Shown: piece by piece, positions 48,629-58,448 of the stretch
Position numbering within the stretch: position 1 is the stretch's first letter
How the letters are laid out: each line of letters begins with the position of its first letter
Source of the DNA: Alphaproteobacteria bacterium
GTDB lineage: Bacteria > Pseudomonadota > Alphaproteobacteria > CALKHQ01
Length of the DNA stretch: 64,000 bases
Assembly (NCBI GenBank): GCA_965227515.1
Contig: CBDDFZ010000001.1
Location: forward strand, 1,984,001-2,048,000
Reading direction: 5' to 3'
Translations under genes and position numbers: made by a program
Notes under the pieces: generated by a model
What the model saw: only the letters and a program-made list of their open reading frames with translations
Told to the model about the DNA's origin: nothing
The model's database searches: none

Positions 48629-49918
48629 ATGCCCATTCTTTTGGCGGATTTGCAATCGACACTTGGCAAGTCCCGGCTAGGGGAGGGCGCGGCCGAGGCC
48701 GCCTCAAGCCTGTCGGCGTTCGCACCGGCGGAGACGACCGGTTGGACAGAGGCCACCGGCGAGGCACCGGACAAGACCGCGGACGAACCGGCGGCCGACG
48801 AGCAGGCGGACTTCGGCGGTGGCGATACCAAGACCACGGTCAGCGGTGGGCTTGCCGGCCACGCGCCGGCGCCCGAAGGCCTGAAGGCATCCACGGACAT
48901 CGACAGCCATGAGGCCGGGTCGTTCGGCGCATTCGGGGGTGTGATGCCGCTCAGCGGCTCCATCGTCGGCAGCGATGGCGACGACATCATCCATGGCACG
49001 GCCCACGACGACATCATTCTGGACCACGGGTCCGGCAGTGCCTGGGTCTTCGACAATGACGAGATGTTCGGGCATGGCGGCAACGACATCCTGATCGCCA
49101 GTCTGGGCGATGACACCCTGCACGGGGGCGACGGCACGGACTCGCTCTATGGCGGGGATGGCGCCGATACGCTGAACGGCGACGATGGCTTCGACTTTCT
49201 GTATGGCGGCGCCGGCGGCGACACGCTGAATGCGGGCGCCGGAACCGGGGCTGTGATGTATGGCGAGGACGGCGACGACATCATCAATGGCGGCGCCGGC
49301 AACGACTGGGTGCGCGGCGGCAACCACGACGACACGATCACTGGCGGTGGCGGCAGGGACCGATTGTGGGGCGACGGGTACGAGAGCGCGTTCCAGGCGC
49401 AAGGCAACGACACCATTCTGGGCGGCGATGGCGACGACGACATCTATGGCATGGGCGGCGACGACTTCCTGGACGGCGGTGACGGCAATGACGTGATCTG
49501 CGGCGAGGAAGGCAACGACACCATGCTCGGCGGGCAGGGCAACGATATCCTGTTCGACGGCCGTATCGATCCGGTGGTGGGCTACAAGGCCCGGTCGGGC
49601 TACGCCTTCATGGACGGTGGCGACGGCATCGACCAGCTTATCGGCGCGACCGGTGCCAACATCATGACCGGTGGCGCCGGCGCCGACATCTTCGCGGCCG
49701 CGCTGCCGGACCCGAGCGGCCAGGGCTGGAATGTCCACGACGACCTGGTCTTCAACACCGTCACCGACTACAGCGCGGCGCAGGGCGACCAGGTCGTGGG
49801 GAACGCCACGGTGCAGGTGGGCGCCAACGTCCACGTCACCGATGGTGACGGAACCCTGCTGTTCGTGCTGATCGGGGTGGATCTGACCACCGAGACCGTC
49901 GATCTGATCCCGATGTAG
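48629..49918 (+). CDS. RTX repeat protein (paralog 1)
   Basis: GGxGxD nonapeptides; RBS GGAGG; C-terminus shared with the next two genes. Confidence 0.9.
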   Translation: MPILLADLQSTLGKSRLGEGAAEAASSLSAFAPAETTGWTEATGEAPDKTADEPAADEQADFGGGDTKTTVSGGLAGHAPAPEGLKASTDIDSHEAGSFGAFGGVMPLSGSIVGSDGDDIIHGTAHDDIILDHGSGSAWVFDNDEMFGHGGNDILIASLGDDTLHGGDGTDSLYGGDGADTLNGDDGFDFLYGGAGGDTLNAGAGTGAVMYGEDGDDIINGGAGNDWVRGGNHDDTITGGGGRDRLWGDGYESAFQAQGNDTILGGDGDDDIYGMGGDDFLDGGDGNDVICGEEGNDTMLGGQGNDILFDGRIDPVVGYKARSGYAFMDGGDGIDQLIGATGANIMTGGAGADIFAAALPDPSGQGWNVHDDLVFNTVTDYSAAQGDQVVGNATVQVGANVHVTDGDGTLLFVLIGVDLTTETVDLIPM

Positions 49919-50014
49919 CGGCGCCAACGGGCTGCCGCGCACGCAGACCGATTGAACCGAACCGCCGCCGGTGGCGACCAACCTGCATAGTCAGGGAGCG
50001 ACACGGAGGCGGCC

Positions 50015-51307
50015 ATGCCTGTCCAATTGCCTGTTCTGCAGTCGACGCTGGGCAAAGCCCGTTTGAACGACAATCCAACACAGAACTTTCGCAGGCTGAC
50101 GGCGCTGTCGCCGCAAGAGGCGGCCGGGTCGAAGGAGCCGGTCGAAGCCGAGCCGACCAAGACCGTCGTGGCGCCGGACAGTTCGGAAAAGCCGACCTTC
50201 GGCGAGGCCACCGTCAAGACATCCAGCATCGGGCTGGTGGCCGGATTTGTTCCGGCGCCCGGCGGCTATGGGCCGATTTCGCCGGTAAGTGGCTATCAGG
50301 CCGAGGCGATCGACCCCTGCGACAACGTGCTGATGCCGCTCAGCGGCACCTTCGTCGGCACCCATGGCGACGACGTCCTGCATGGGACAGACTGTGACGA
50401 CATCATTGTGGACCATGAGGTCGGCGACGCCTGGGTCTACGACGATGACGAGATGTTCGGGCACGGCGGCGACGACACCATGAGCGCCGGGTTGGGCGAC
50501 GACATCCTGCACGGCGGCGATGGCGGCGACAGCCTCTATGGCGGGTTCGGCGACGACACGCTGAACGGCGACGATGGCGCGGACCACCTGTTCGGCGGTG
50601 GCGGCAACGACACGCTGATCGCAGGTGCTGGACAGACATCGGTCATGCGCGGCGAGGACGGCAATGACACCATCATCGGCGGCGACGGATATGACTGGGT
50701 GCGCGGCGGCTCCCACGACGACTACATCGAAGGCGGTGCCGGCAACGACTTCCTGTGGGGCGACGATGTGGACAGCCTGGCCGCCAGCCCCGGCAACGAC
50801 ACCATTCTGGGCGGCGAAGGCGACGACACGCTTGAGGGCATGGGCGGCAATGACCACCTGGACGGCGGCGTCGGCAACGACGAACTCTCCGCCGGATCGG
50901 GCGACGACTTCCTGATGGGTGGCGACGGCGACGACGTGCTGGTCGATGGGCGGCTCGATACGGTCTTTGGTTTCGTTGCGCTGTCGGGCAACGACGTCAT
51001 GGACGGCGGCGCCGGCGACGACGTGCTGGTCGGCATGACCGGTGCCAACATCATGACCGGTGGCGCGGGCGCCGACATCTTCATTGCCGTGATGACCGCC
51101 GGCCCGTCCGGCGACCCGGAACCCCACGACGAATTCGTTCTCAACACGGTCACCGACTACGACGAGGCCCAAGGCGACCGGATACAGGGCAACAACGCCT
51201 TTCAGGTCGGCGACAACGTGCACGTGACGGACGGCGACAACAATCTGCTGTTCATCGTGCTCGACTACGACCTGACATTCCAAAGCATCGATCTGATGCC
51301 GATCTAG
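50015..51307 (+). CDS. RTX repeat protein (paralog 2)
   Basis: Colinear with paralog 1 (LQSTLGK.RL, MPLSG, DEMFGHGG, GANIMTGGAGADIF). Confidence 0.9.
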   Translation: MPVQLPVLQSTLGKARLNDNPTQNFRRLTALSPQEAAGSKEPVEAEPTKTVVAPDSSEKPTFGEATVKTSSIGLVAGFVPAPGGYGPISPVSGYQAEAIDPCDNVLMPLSGTFVGTHGDDVLHGTDCDDIIVDHEVGDAWVYDDDEMFGHGGDDTMSAGLGDDILHGGDGGDSLYGGFGDDTLNGDDGADHLFGGGGNDTLIAGAGQTSVMRGEDGNDTIIGGDGYDWVRGGSHDDYIEGGAGNDFLWGDDVDSLAASPGNDTILGGEGDDTLEGMGGNDHLDGGVGNDELSAGSGDDFLMGGDGDDVLVDGRLDTVFGFVALSGNDVMDGGAGDDVLVGMTGANIMTGGAGADIFIAVMTAGPSGDPEPHDEFVLNTVTDYDEAQGDRIQGNNAFQVGDNVHVTDGDNNLLFIVLDYDLTFQSIDLMPI

Positions 51308-51355
51308 CAGCGCACCTACCGTCCATTTGGCCGACCGCCTCAGCCGGAGCCGATC

Positions 51356-52579
51356 ATGCTGACAACAGACCCGTTTGCTTTTCCCGGCATCGTGACCGAC
51401 CTGGACGGGCGTTCGTCGGCCGAGCTGCAAGACCACGATGTTGCGGTCGGGCAAGCGCGCGGCCCGCGCGACACGGCAACGCCGGGCGTCCCCGATGCCG
51501 GCATCGAATTGGGCCTTTCCCCGCTCCATCCGCCGGCGGGCGGTGATCGCAATGGCGGCGTGCAGACCACCGACGGCACCTTCGGCTCTCTTGGCATCGG
51601 GCCGTCCGATCCTCCCGGGCCGATGGCGAGCATCATCGTCGGCGGCACCGGCGACGACTACATCAACGGCAACCCGTGGAACGACATCATCTACGACCAC
51701 GCGCCCGGCCAGGCCTGGATTTACGACAGCGATGTCATCTTCGGCCATGGCGGCGACGACCTGATCATCGCCGGCCTTGGTGACGACGTGCTGGACGGTG
51801 GCGACGGGGCCGACAGCCTGTTTGGCGGCTTCGGCGACGACATCCTGCGGGGCGGCGCGGGCGCGGATTTCCTGAACGGCGGTGGCGGCAACGACGTCAT
51901 CGAGGGCGGCAACGGCAACTCGGTCCTGTTGGGCGAGGACGGTAACGACAGGCTGACCGGCGGCGACGATGTCGACTGGATCTACGGCGGGTCGCACAAC
52001 GATGTCATCGACGCCGGCGCGGGCGACGACATGATCTTTGCCGACGAGACCAACCCGAAGGCCGGGGGCGTCGACGGCGACGATATCGTGATGGCCGGTG
52101 CCGGTTCCGACACGGTGGACGGCGGCGGCGGCCATGACAGCATCGACGGCGGTGCGGACAATGACCAGTTGTACGGCGGTTGGGGCGACGACCTGGTGCA
52201 GGGCGGCGCCGGCAACGACCTGCTGTTCGACAACCATCTGTTCGGCAGCGGCGACGATGGCGACGATGTGATGGACGGCGGCACCGGCGATGACGTGCTG
52301 GTCGGCAGCGGCGGTAACAACATCATGACCGGCGGCGCGGGCGCGGATGTGTTCCTGGCCAGCATCGGCGCCTATTACGGCGGCGCGTACGATGTACCGC
52401 CGGGCTATGGCGTCAACACGATCACCGATTTCAGTGCCGCCCAGGGCGACCAGGTGCAGGGCAGCTCAGCCATCCAGGTCGGCAACACCGTGCATGTCAG
52501 CGACAGCGGCGGCACGCTGCTGTTCGTGCTGCTCGACGTCGACCTGACCACCGAGGCGGTCAACCTGTTGCCGGTGTAG
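51356..52579 (+). CDS. RTX repeat protein (paralog 3)
   Basis: Nonapeptides plus NTITDF.AAQGD.V.G..QVG..VHV.D..LLFVL..DLTTE tail. Confidence 0.9.
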   Translation: MLTTDPFAFPGIVTDLDGRSSAELQDHDVAVGQARGPRDTATPGVPDAGIELGLSPLHPPAGGDRNGGVQTTDGTFGSLGIGPSDPPGPMASIIVGGTGDDYINGNPWNDIIYDHAPGQAWIYDSDVIFGHGGDDLIIAGLGDDVLDGGDGADSLFGGFGDDILRGGAGADFLNGGGGNDVIEGGNGNSVLLGEDGNDRLTGGDDVDWIYGGSHNDVIDAGAGDDMIFADETNPKAGGVDGDDIVMAGAGSDTVDGGGGHDSIDGGADNDQLYGGWGDDLVQGGAGNDLLFDNHLFGSGDDGDDVMDGGTGDDVLVGSGGNNIMTGGAGADVFLASIGAYYGGAYDVPPGYGVNTITDFSAAQGDQVQGSSAIQVGNTVHVSDSGGTLLFVLLDVDLTTEAVNLLPV

Positions 52580-52600
52580 CGCCGGGCGGTCGTGCCCAGG

Positions 52601-53248
52601 CTACTTCTTCTGCGGCCCCGTCAGCGCGGCGGTCAGCCCCAGCCCGATGAACATGGTGCCGGTGATGTAGCGGCCGAAACGCATGCCCGGGCGGCGGCGC
52701 TTCAGCCAGTTGCCGGCGGTGCCGGCCGCCAGGGCATAGATGCCGTCGGTGATCAGCCCGATCGCGATGAAGATCAGGCCGAGGAAGGCGATCTGCATCG
52801 CCACGTGGCCGCGTTCCGGCTCCACGAACTGCGGCAGGAACGCCAGGAAGAACAGCGCGGTCTTCGGGTTCAAGAGGTTGACGATGAAACCGTCGCGGAA
52901 CAGCCGGCGATAGCGCCGTGGCGGCACCGCCTGGGGGTCCGCCTCGTCGGGCTTGCCGAAGATCTTCTGCAGGCCGAGCCAGATCAGGTAGGCGGCACCC
53001 GCGTACTTCACCACCTCGAACGCCAGCGCGGAGGATGCAAGCAGGGCGGACAGGCCCAAGGCCGCGGCGACCACATGCACCAGGGTGGCGGTGTGGATAC
53101 CGAGGTCGGAGACCAGGCCGGCGCGGCGGCCCTGGGCCACCGACTGGGCGATGATGAACAGCACCGCCGGCCCGGGGATCAGCAGCAGTAACAGCGCGGC
53201 GACCGCGAACAGGCCCAGATTGGTGGCGCCGGGAATGACGATATCCAT
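52601..53248 (-). CDS. LysE/RhtB family translocator
   Basis: PGPAVL, GRRAG, KYAGAAYL.WLG, NLLNPKT..FFLAFLPQF. Confidence 0.92.
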   Translation of the reverse strand: MDIVIPGATNLGLFAVAALLLLLIPGPAVLFIIAQSVAQGRRAGLVSDLGIHTATLVHVVAAALGLSALLASSALAFEVVKYAGAAYLIWLGLQKIFGKPDEADPQAVPPRRYRRLFRDGFIVNLLNPKTALFFLAFLPQFVEPERGHVAMQIAFLGLIFIAIGLITDGIYALAAGTAGNWLKRRRPGMRFGRYITGTMFIGLGLTAALTGPQKK

Positions 53249-53273
53249 CGGGAATGGTCCTTGTTAGGTGTGC

Positions 53274-53906
53274 TTAGGCGGGAGCCTTCATCAATTCGCG
53301 CGGCGGCTGCCAGCCGGGCAGGGCCTGCAGCCGGTCCATCCAGCGGCGCATGTTGGGATGCGTCGTGGCGAAGTCGTAGCCATGCTCCTCGGGCGGATAG
53401 AACACGTAACCGGCCATCGAGAAGTCGGCGATGGTCGGCGCGCCGCCGGCGATGAAGTCGCTGTCGGCCAGATGGCGCTCGACAATGGCGAAGGCCCCGT
53501 CGGCCCGGCCCTTCAGGAATGCCATCACCGCGGGCTCACCCGGCTCCGGCGCAATCGAGAACAGGAAGCGGTAGGTCGCGAAATAGCTGGTGAACTTGTG
53601 GTTGTCGAACAGCAGCCAGCGCAGCACTTCATAGCGCTGGTCGTCGCCCTTCGGCGCAAACTTGCCGGTGGTTTCGGCAAGGTAGGTCAGGATCGCGCCG
53701 GACTGGGTCAGCCGTTTGCCGGCAGTTTCCAGCACCGGCACCTCGCCCAGTTCGTTCAGGCTGTCGCGCCAGCCCTGCTCGCGGGTGACGCCGTTGAAAT
53801 AGTCGACGAAGACCTTCTCCCATTCCAGGCCGGCGCACTCCAGGTAGAGGGCCACCTTGTACGTGTTGCCTGATTCGGGAAAGCAGTGGAGCCTGTAGTC
53901 GGCCAT
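53274..53906 (-). CDS. Glutathione S-transferase family protein
   Basis: SGNTYKV, N..GEVPVL, QSGAIL.YLA, TIADFS; start ATG 53906. Confidence 0.92.
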   Translation of the reverse strand: MADYRLHCFPESGNTYKVALYLECAGLEWEKVFVDYFNGVTREQGWRDSLNELGEVPVLETAGKRLTQSGAILTYLAETTGKFAPKGDDQRYEVLRWLLFDNHKFTSYFATYRFLFSIAPEPGEPAVMAFLKGRADGAFAIVERHLADSDFIAGGAPTIADFSMAGYVFYPPEEHGYDFATTHPNMRRWMDRLQALPGWQPPRELMKAPA

Positions 53907-54013
53907 GGCAGGAGTTCCGCGTGTTGGTGACGCAGGTGGGTGGCGCATTTGGTTGACGTCCGGGTTTTGCGCCGCCGGCAGCCTACGCCAGCGCGGGACC
54001 GTCGGAAAGCGCG

Positions 54014-55258
54014 CTATTGCCGGGCCGAGCCAGCCGCAATCTCGATTGCCGCGTCAAGTTGCGGGTCGTGGCCGGCGGCGAACGCCGGGTCGAACGGCAC
54101 GGCGATGTCCGGCGCCACGCCGACGCCCTCCAGCCTGACGCCATCGACCGCCACATCGGCGGTGGCGACATAGAGCAAGCTGCCGTCGCGCAGCACGTTC
54201 AGGCGTCCGCCGAGTACGGCGCCGGCGGTCGTCTCCCCGACGATCGGGCCGATGTCGAGCGCACGGAAGCCGTACGCGATCACTTCCTTGCCGGAGCGCG
54301 AGCCTTCGTCGACCAGCAGGACAACGGGCTTGGTCCATGCCGACGCAAAGCTGCGCCCATATCCACCGGCCCGGCCCATGGTCATCTCGATTCCGCGCGG
54401 CGCGAACAGGTTGAGGTAGCTGGGCTCGGCCCCGCCCCAGCCGCCGCGCAGATCCATCACCAGGGCGTCGGCGTCGCCGAGCGGGCCTTGCAGCAGGGCA
54501 TCGCTCAGAATGGCCTGGTAGTCTTCGCCGGCATAGCACCAGACCCGCACGTAGCCGACCGAGACGTCGCCATGCTCGATGATCGCGATGCTGTGGCGCA
54601 TCGCGCGCAGGAACATTGTCGTCGCGTCCAGCAGTGCGGGCTCGACCTCCAGCGTAACCGTCTCGCCGGGGCGGCGCTCCAGTTCGATGTCGATGGTCGT
54701 GCCGGCGCGGCCCGCGAACGAGGCGACCGGATGGTACGGCGCGCCATTGACGGCGACGATGCGGTCGCCCACCAGAATGCCCGCGCGCGCCGCCGGATGC
54801 CCCTCCAGGACACCGGTGACGAACGTCCCTTCCGGGCGCGCCTCGGCGAAGATGCCGATGCCGGTATAGACCGGCGCGCCGTCGACGAGGTGATCCGCCA
54901 GCAGGTGTTCCAGGCTGCTGTCCACGGTCATGAAGATGCCGACGAGTTGATACCAGGCGGTGCTGTCGCGGGTGACGTGCCGGGTGTGCGATGCCTCCAG
55001 CCGCGCCAGCATCGCGTTGACCTCGGCCGAGAACGCGGCCTCGTCCATATCGGGCGTGATGCGCGCGCGGTGCTCCGCCGCCACCGCCGGCCAGTCCAGG
55101 CCATGCATGTCCGGGTCGTAGAACTGCGACGCGGTCGCGCTGACGATCTGGTCGAAGATATCCAGCCTGTCCTGCGCGGCGGCGGGTTGGGCAGCGGCAC
55201 ACACCCACAACGCCGCAAACAGGATTGCGTTGCGCCAGGCAAGGCTGCGCAGGGTCAT
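54014..55258 (-). CDS. S41 family (tail-specific/tricorn-like) PDZ peptidase
   Basis: Signal peptide, PDZ (GIGI, GD.IVAVNG), DLRGGWGG, SRSGKE, VGETTAG, EGVGVAPD. Confidence 0.88.
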   Translation of the reverse strand: MTLRSLAWRNAILFAALWVCAAAQPAAAQDRLDIFDQIVSATASQFYDPDMHGLDWPAVAAEHRARITPDMDEAAFSAEVNAMLARLEASHTRHVTRDSTAWYQLVGIFMTVDSSLEHLLADHLVDGAPVYTGIGIFAEARPEGTFVTGVLEGHPAARAGILVGDRIVAVNGAPYHPVASFAGRAGTTIDIELERRPGETVTLEVEPALLDATTMFLRAMRHSIAIIEHGDVSVGYVRVWCYAGEDYQAILSDALLQGPLGDADALVMDLRGGWGGAEPSYLNLFAPRGIEMTMGRAGGYGRSFASAWTKPVVLLVDEGSRSGKEVIAYGFRALDIGPIVGETTAGAVLGGRLNVLRDGSLLYVATADVAVDGVRLEGVGVAPDIAVPFDPAFAAGHDPQLDAAIEIAAGSARQ

Positions 55259-55440
55259 CGGCATCTCCGGGCGCTTAGTTCGGTCGCGCGACAAGATAGG
55301 CGTTCCTGGCGAGGTGTGCGCATCACTGAATCGCGCATCAACTTGACCGCGTCGACAATCGACACAGGTTCCTTCAGGTTGCGCTCACCTTGCCGGTGCC
55401 GTCTCCTGCGCGCCGGCCTTCTCCAGCCAGGACTTTATCG

Positions 55441-56139
55441 ATGCTCGACGCGTTTCCCATCACCAGGCGGTGGCCAGCCGCAGACCCCTCCATCATCCAG
55501 CTCTACTCGTTTCCGACGCCGAACGGGGTCAAGGTCTCCGCGATGCTGGAGGAAACCGGCGTCCCGTACGAGGCCCATCTGGTCAACTTCCGCGACGGTG
55601 AGCAGAAGACGCCGGAGTTCCTGTCGCTGAACCCGAACGGCAAGATCCCGGCCATCGTTGACCCGGATGGGCCGGGCGGCAAGCCGCTGGGCCTGTTCGA
55701 GAGCGGGGCGATCCTGCTCTATCTCGCGGAGAAGACCGGCAAGCTGCTGCCCGCCGACGAGGGCTTGCAGCACGCGGCGCGGCAATGGGTGATGTGGCAG
55801 ATGGGCGGCCCCGGCCCGATGTTCGGCCAGTTCGGCTTCTTTTTCAAATTCGACGGCGCCCAGATCGACGACAAGCGCCCGCTGGAGCGCTATGCCAACG
55901 AGACCAAGCGCCTGCTGGGCGTGCTGGACGAGCGCCTGGACGGCCGCGACTACATGGTGGGCGACGACTACTCGATCGCCGACGTCGCGATCTGGCCGTG
56001 GGTGCGCACGCTGGGTGGTTTCTACGAGGCCGGCGACCATTTGGAGCTGGACCAGTTCGCCAACGTCAACCGCTGGCTGGAGGCGTGCCAGACCCGCCCG
56101 GCCAGCCAGGCGGCGATCAACATCCCGCCACGGCCGTAG
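55441..56139 (+). CDS. GST-like glutathione-dependent disulfide oxidoreductase (YfcG/YghU-like)
   Basis: TPNG, NPNGKIPAI, FESGAIL, WQM.G.GPM.GQ, YSIAD. Confidence 0.9.
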   Translation: MLDAFPITRRWPAADPSIIQLYSFPTPNGVKVSAMLEETGVPYEAHLVNFRDGEQKTPEFLSLNPNGKIPAIVDPDGPGGKPLGLFESGAILLYLAEKTGKLLPADEGLQHAARQWVMWQMGGPGPMFGQFGFFFKFDGAQIDDKRPLERYANETKRLLGVLDERLDGRDYMVGDDYSIADVAIWPWVRTLGGFYEAGDHLELDQFANVNRWLEACQTRPASQAAINIPPRP

Positions 56140-56158
56140 GTCAGGCCAAACTCAGTCG

Positions 56159-56361
56159 TCGTCCTCGCCGCCAATCAACGTTTTGGGGTGGCGAGGCGAC
56201 CCAATCGGTCCCTGCCAAAACACCTTTGTCATCCTTGACCGGCGTGCTCGGAACTTGTTCCGCACGCCGCGTCGAGGATCCATGGATGGTTTCGCGCAAG
56301 AGGTGAGATAGATCCTCGGCGCGCGGGCCATCACGTCGTTCGGCCCTCGGCCAAGGATGGC
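56159..56361. repeat. Composite palindromic intergenic repeat
   Basis: GTCATCCTTGACCGGCGTGCTCGGAACTTGTTCCGCACGCCGCGTCGAGGATCCAT is an inverted near-copy of 63770-63826. Confidence 0.75.
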
Positions 56362-56424
56362 AAATGAGGTGACGGGCGGTGCCCAAACCCGCGAATTCAG
56401 TGGTTGCCCTCCGCCAGGTACTAC

Positions 56425-58092
56425 TCACCCGTGGCTGGGGTCCTCAAAAAGGCCGACGCGGACCGAATAGTCGGTGGCGACCTGGTAGTCGGGATCGTCG
56501 TCCGACTCGTCGAACAGCAGCCCGGTGCGCGACAGCAGGCGGTAGCAGTCGTGGGAGAGGTGGCGCAGCCGGATCGACTTGCCGGCCTCGTTGTAGGCCG
56601 CCGACAGCCCCTCGATGGCCGATAGCGCGGACTGGTCGGCCACCCGGCTGTCGGCGAAGTCGACGATCACCTTGTCCGGGTCGCCCTTGGGATCGAACAG
56701 CTCGGTGAAGCCCGCCGCGGAGCCGAAGAACAGCGGACCCTGGACGCGGTAGACCTTGCTGCCGTCCGCGGCGATCTCCGTCCGCACCGAGATGTGCTTG
56801 GCGCTCTCCCACGCGAAGCGCAGCGCCGAGGCGATGACGCCCACCACCACCGCGACCGCCAGGTCCTGCCAGACCGTGACGAAGGTGACCAGCAGCATGA
56901 CATAGGTCGCATGCACCGGCACCACCCGCATGATCTTGAACGTGTTCCAGGCGAAGGTGCCGATGACCACCATGAACATGACGCCGACCAGGGCGGCCAG
57001 CGGGATCTGCTCGATCAAGGGGGCCGCGAACAGGATGAAACTCAGCAGGAACAGGGCGGCCACGATGCCGGAGAGCCGCCGCCGGCCGCCGGACTTCACG
57101 TTGATCATCGACTGGCCGATCATGGCGCAGCCGCCCATGCCGCCGAAAAACCCGGTCACCGTGTTGGCCGCTCCCTGGGCGATGCATTCCTTGCTGGCGC
57201 CGCCACGGCTGCCGACCATGCGGTTGACCAGGTTCACGGTCAGCAGGCTCTCGATCAGGCCGATGGCGGCCAGGATCACCGCATAGGGCAGTATGATCCA
57301 CAGGGTTTCCAGGGTGAAAGACACCGCTGGCAGGTGGAACGAGGGCAGGCTGCCCTCGATGGACGCCATGTCGCCGACCCGCGGCACGTCGATATCGAAC
57401 AGGATGACCACCAGGGCGACGATGCCGATGCCGGCCAGTGGCGCCGGCACCGCCTTGGTCAGCTTCGGCAGCAGCCAGATGATCAGCATGGTCAGCGCCA
57501 CCAGCCCCAGCATCATGGCCAGCGGCCAGCCGGTCAGCCACGCGCCGCCGCCCATGCCGTGGCTGCCGGCCTCCGCGCTGCCGGGCACCTTGAACTGGGT
57601 GAGCTGGGCCAGGAAGATAACGATGGCGAGCCCGTTGACGAAGCCGAGCATGACCGCGTGCGGGACCAGGCGGATGAACTTGCCCAGTTTAAACACGCCG
57701 GCCAGCAACTGCAGGATGCCCATCAGCACCACGGTGGCGAACAGGTATTCGACCCCGTGCTGGGCGACCAGGGCGACCATCACCACGGCCAGCGCGCCGG
57801 TGGCGCCGGAGATCATGCCGGGCCGTCCGCCCAGCACCGCGGTGATCAGCCCGACCATGAACGCGGCATAGAGGCCGACCAGCGGGTGCACGCCGGCGAC
57901 GAAGGCGAACGCCACCGCCTCCGGCACCAGGGCCAGCGCCACGGTCAGGCCCGCGAGCAGCTCGACCCGAACCTCCGACGGGCTGATCCTGAACCCGGCC
58001 CCGGGTGAGATCACCGAACGCTTGATCGCGCCGGCCGCCGTGCCGGGCGTTCCTTCCGCCAGATTCTTCATGAAGTCGGAATAGAACGCCAT
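56425..58092 (-). CDS. SulP (SLC26) family anion transporter with STAS domain
   Basis: GLTVALALVPE, GGRPGMISGATG, IESLLT, GGCAMIGQS, GPLFFGS. Confidence 0.95.
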   Translation of the reverse strand: MAFYSDFMKNLAEGTPGTAAGAIKRSVISPGAGFRISPSEVRVELLAGLTVALALVPEAVAFAFVAGVHPLVGLYAAFMVGLITAVLGGRPGMISGATGALAVVMVALVAQHGVEYLFATVVLMGILQLLAGVFKLGKFIRLVPHAVMLGFVNGLAIVIFLAQLTQFKVPGSAEAGSHGMGGGAWLTGWPLAMMLGLVALTMLIIWLLPKLTKAVPAPLAGIGIVALVVILFDIDVPRVGDMASIEGSLPSFHLPAVSFTLETLWIILPYAVILAAIGLIESLLTVNLVNRMVGSRGGASKECIAQGAANTVTGFFGGMGGCAMIGQSMINVKSGGRRRLSGIVAALFLLSFILFAAPLIEQIPLAALVGVMFMVVIGTFAWNTFKIMRVVPVHATYVMLLVTFVTVWQDLAVAVVVGVIASALRFAWESAKHISVRTEIAADGSKVYRVQGPLFFGSAAGFTELFDPKGDPDKVIVDFADSRVADQSALSAIEGLSAAYNEAGKSIRLRHLSHDCYRLLSRTGLLFDESDDDPDYQVATDYSVRVGLFEDPSHG

Positions 58093-58130
58093 GGGCTGCC
58101 GTCACCTGAGCTGTTGCGAATGTCGAGAAT

Positions 58131-58203
58131 GCATGCGCGCCCGCAGCGGCAGCCCCCGAAGCGCAAGTCTGGGGGAGGCCGGTCGCGAACGCGGGCGCAA
58201 TGC
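58131..58203 (-). ncRNA. Structured 5' leader of sulP (candidate sul1-type cis-regulatory RNA)
   Basis: Long interrupted hairpin GCGCCCGC..CCGGCC.CCCCC..GGGGGCTGCCG..GCGGGCGC ending 38 nt before the start codon. Confidence 0.45.
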
Positions 58204-58215
58204 TGTCAGAAGTTA

Positions 58216-58252
58216 TGTTGCAGTGCAACAATCACGTTCTGCGGTGCAAAAT
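58216..58252. promoter_or_regulatory. Palindromic operator candidates TGTTGCA-G-TGCAACA and TGCGGTGCA (PhaR-like)
   Basis: Perfect 7-1-7 palindrome at 58216-58230 plus a second TGC-N3-GCA, upstream of sulP. Confidence 0.5.
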
Positions 58253-58351
58253 CCAGCCTGAATGTCACGGTGCGGCGATGTGCGCGGGAAATCCTTCCGT
58301 CATTGCGAGGAGCGCCCATCGGGCGCGACGCGGCAATCCAGGTCCGTAGTC

Positions 58352-58443
58352 CGTAGCCCGGGTGGAACGCAGTGCAACCCGGGGGCGGTAGATGCACTGG
58401 CCGCTGGCCTTCCCGGGTTCCGCTCCGCTCCACCCGGGCTACG
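58352..58443. repeat. GTAG-type REP doublet (REPIN)
   Basis: CGTAGCCCGGGTGGAACGCAGTGCAACCCGGG ... CCCGGGTTCCGCTCCGCTCCACCCGGGCTACG. Confidence 0.88.
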
Positions 58444-58448
58444 CTCCC

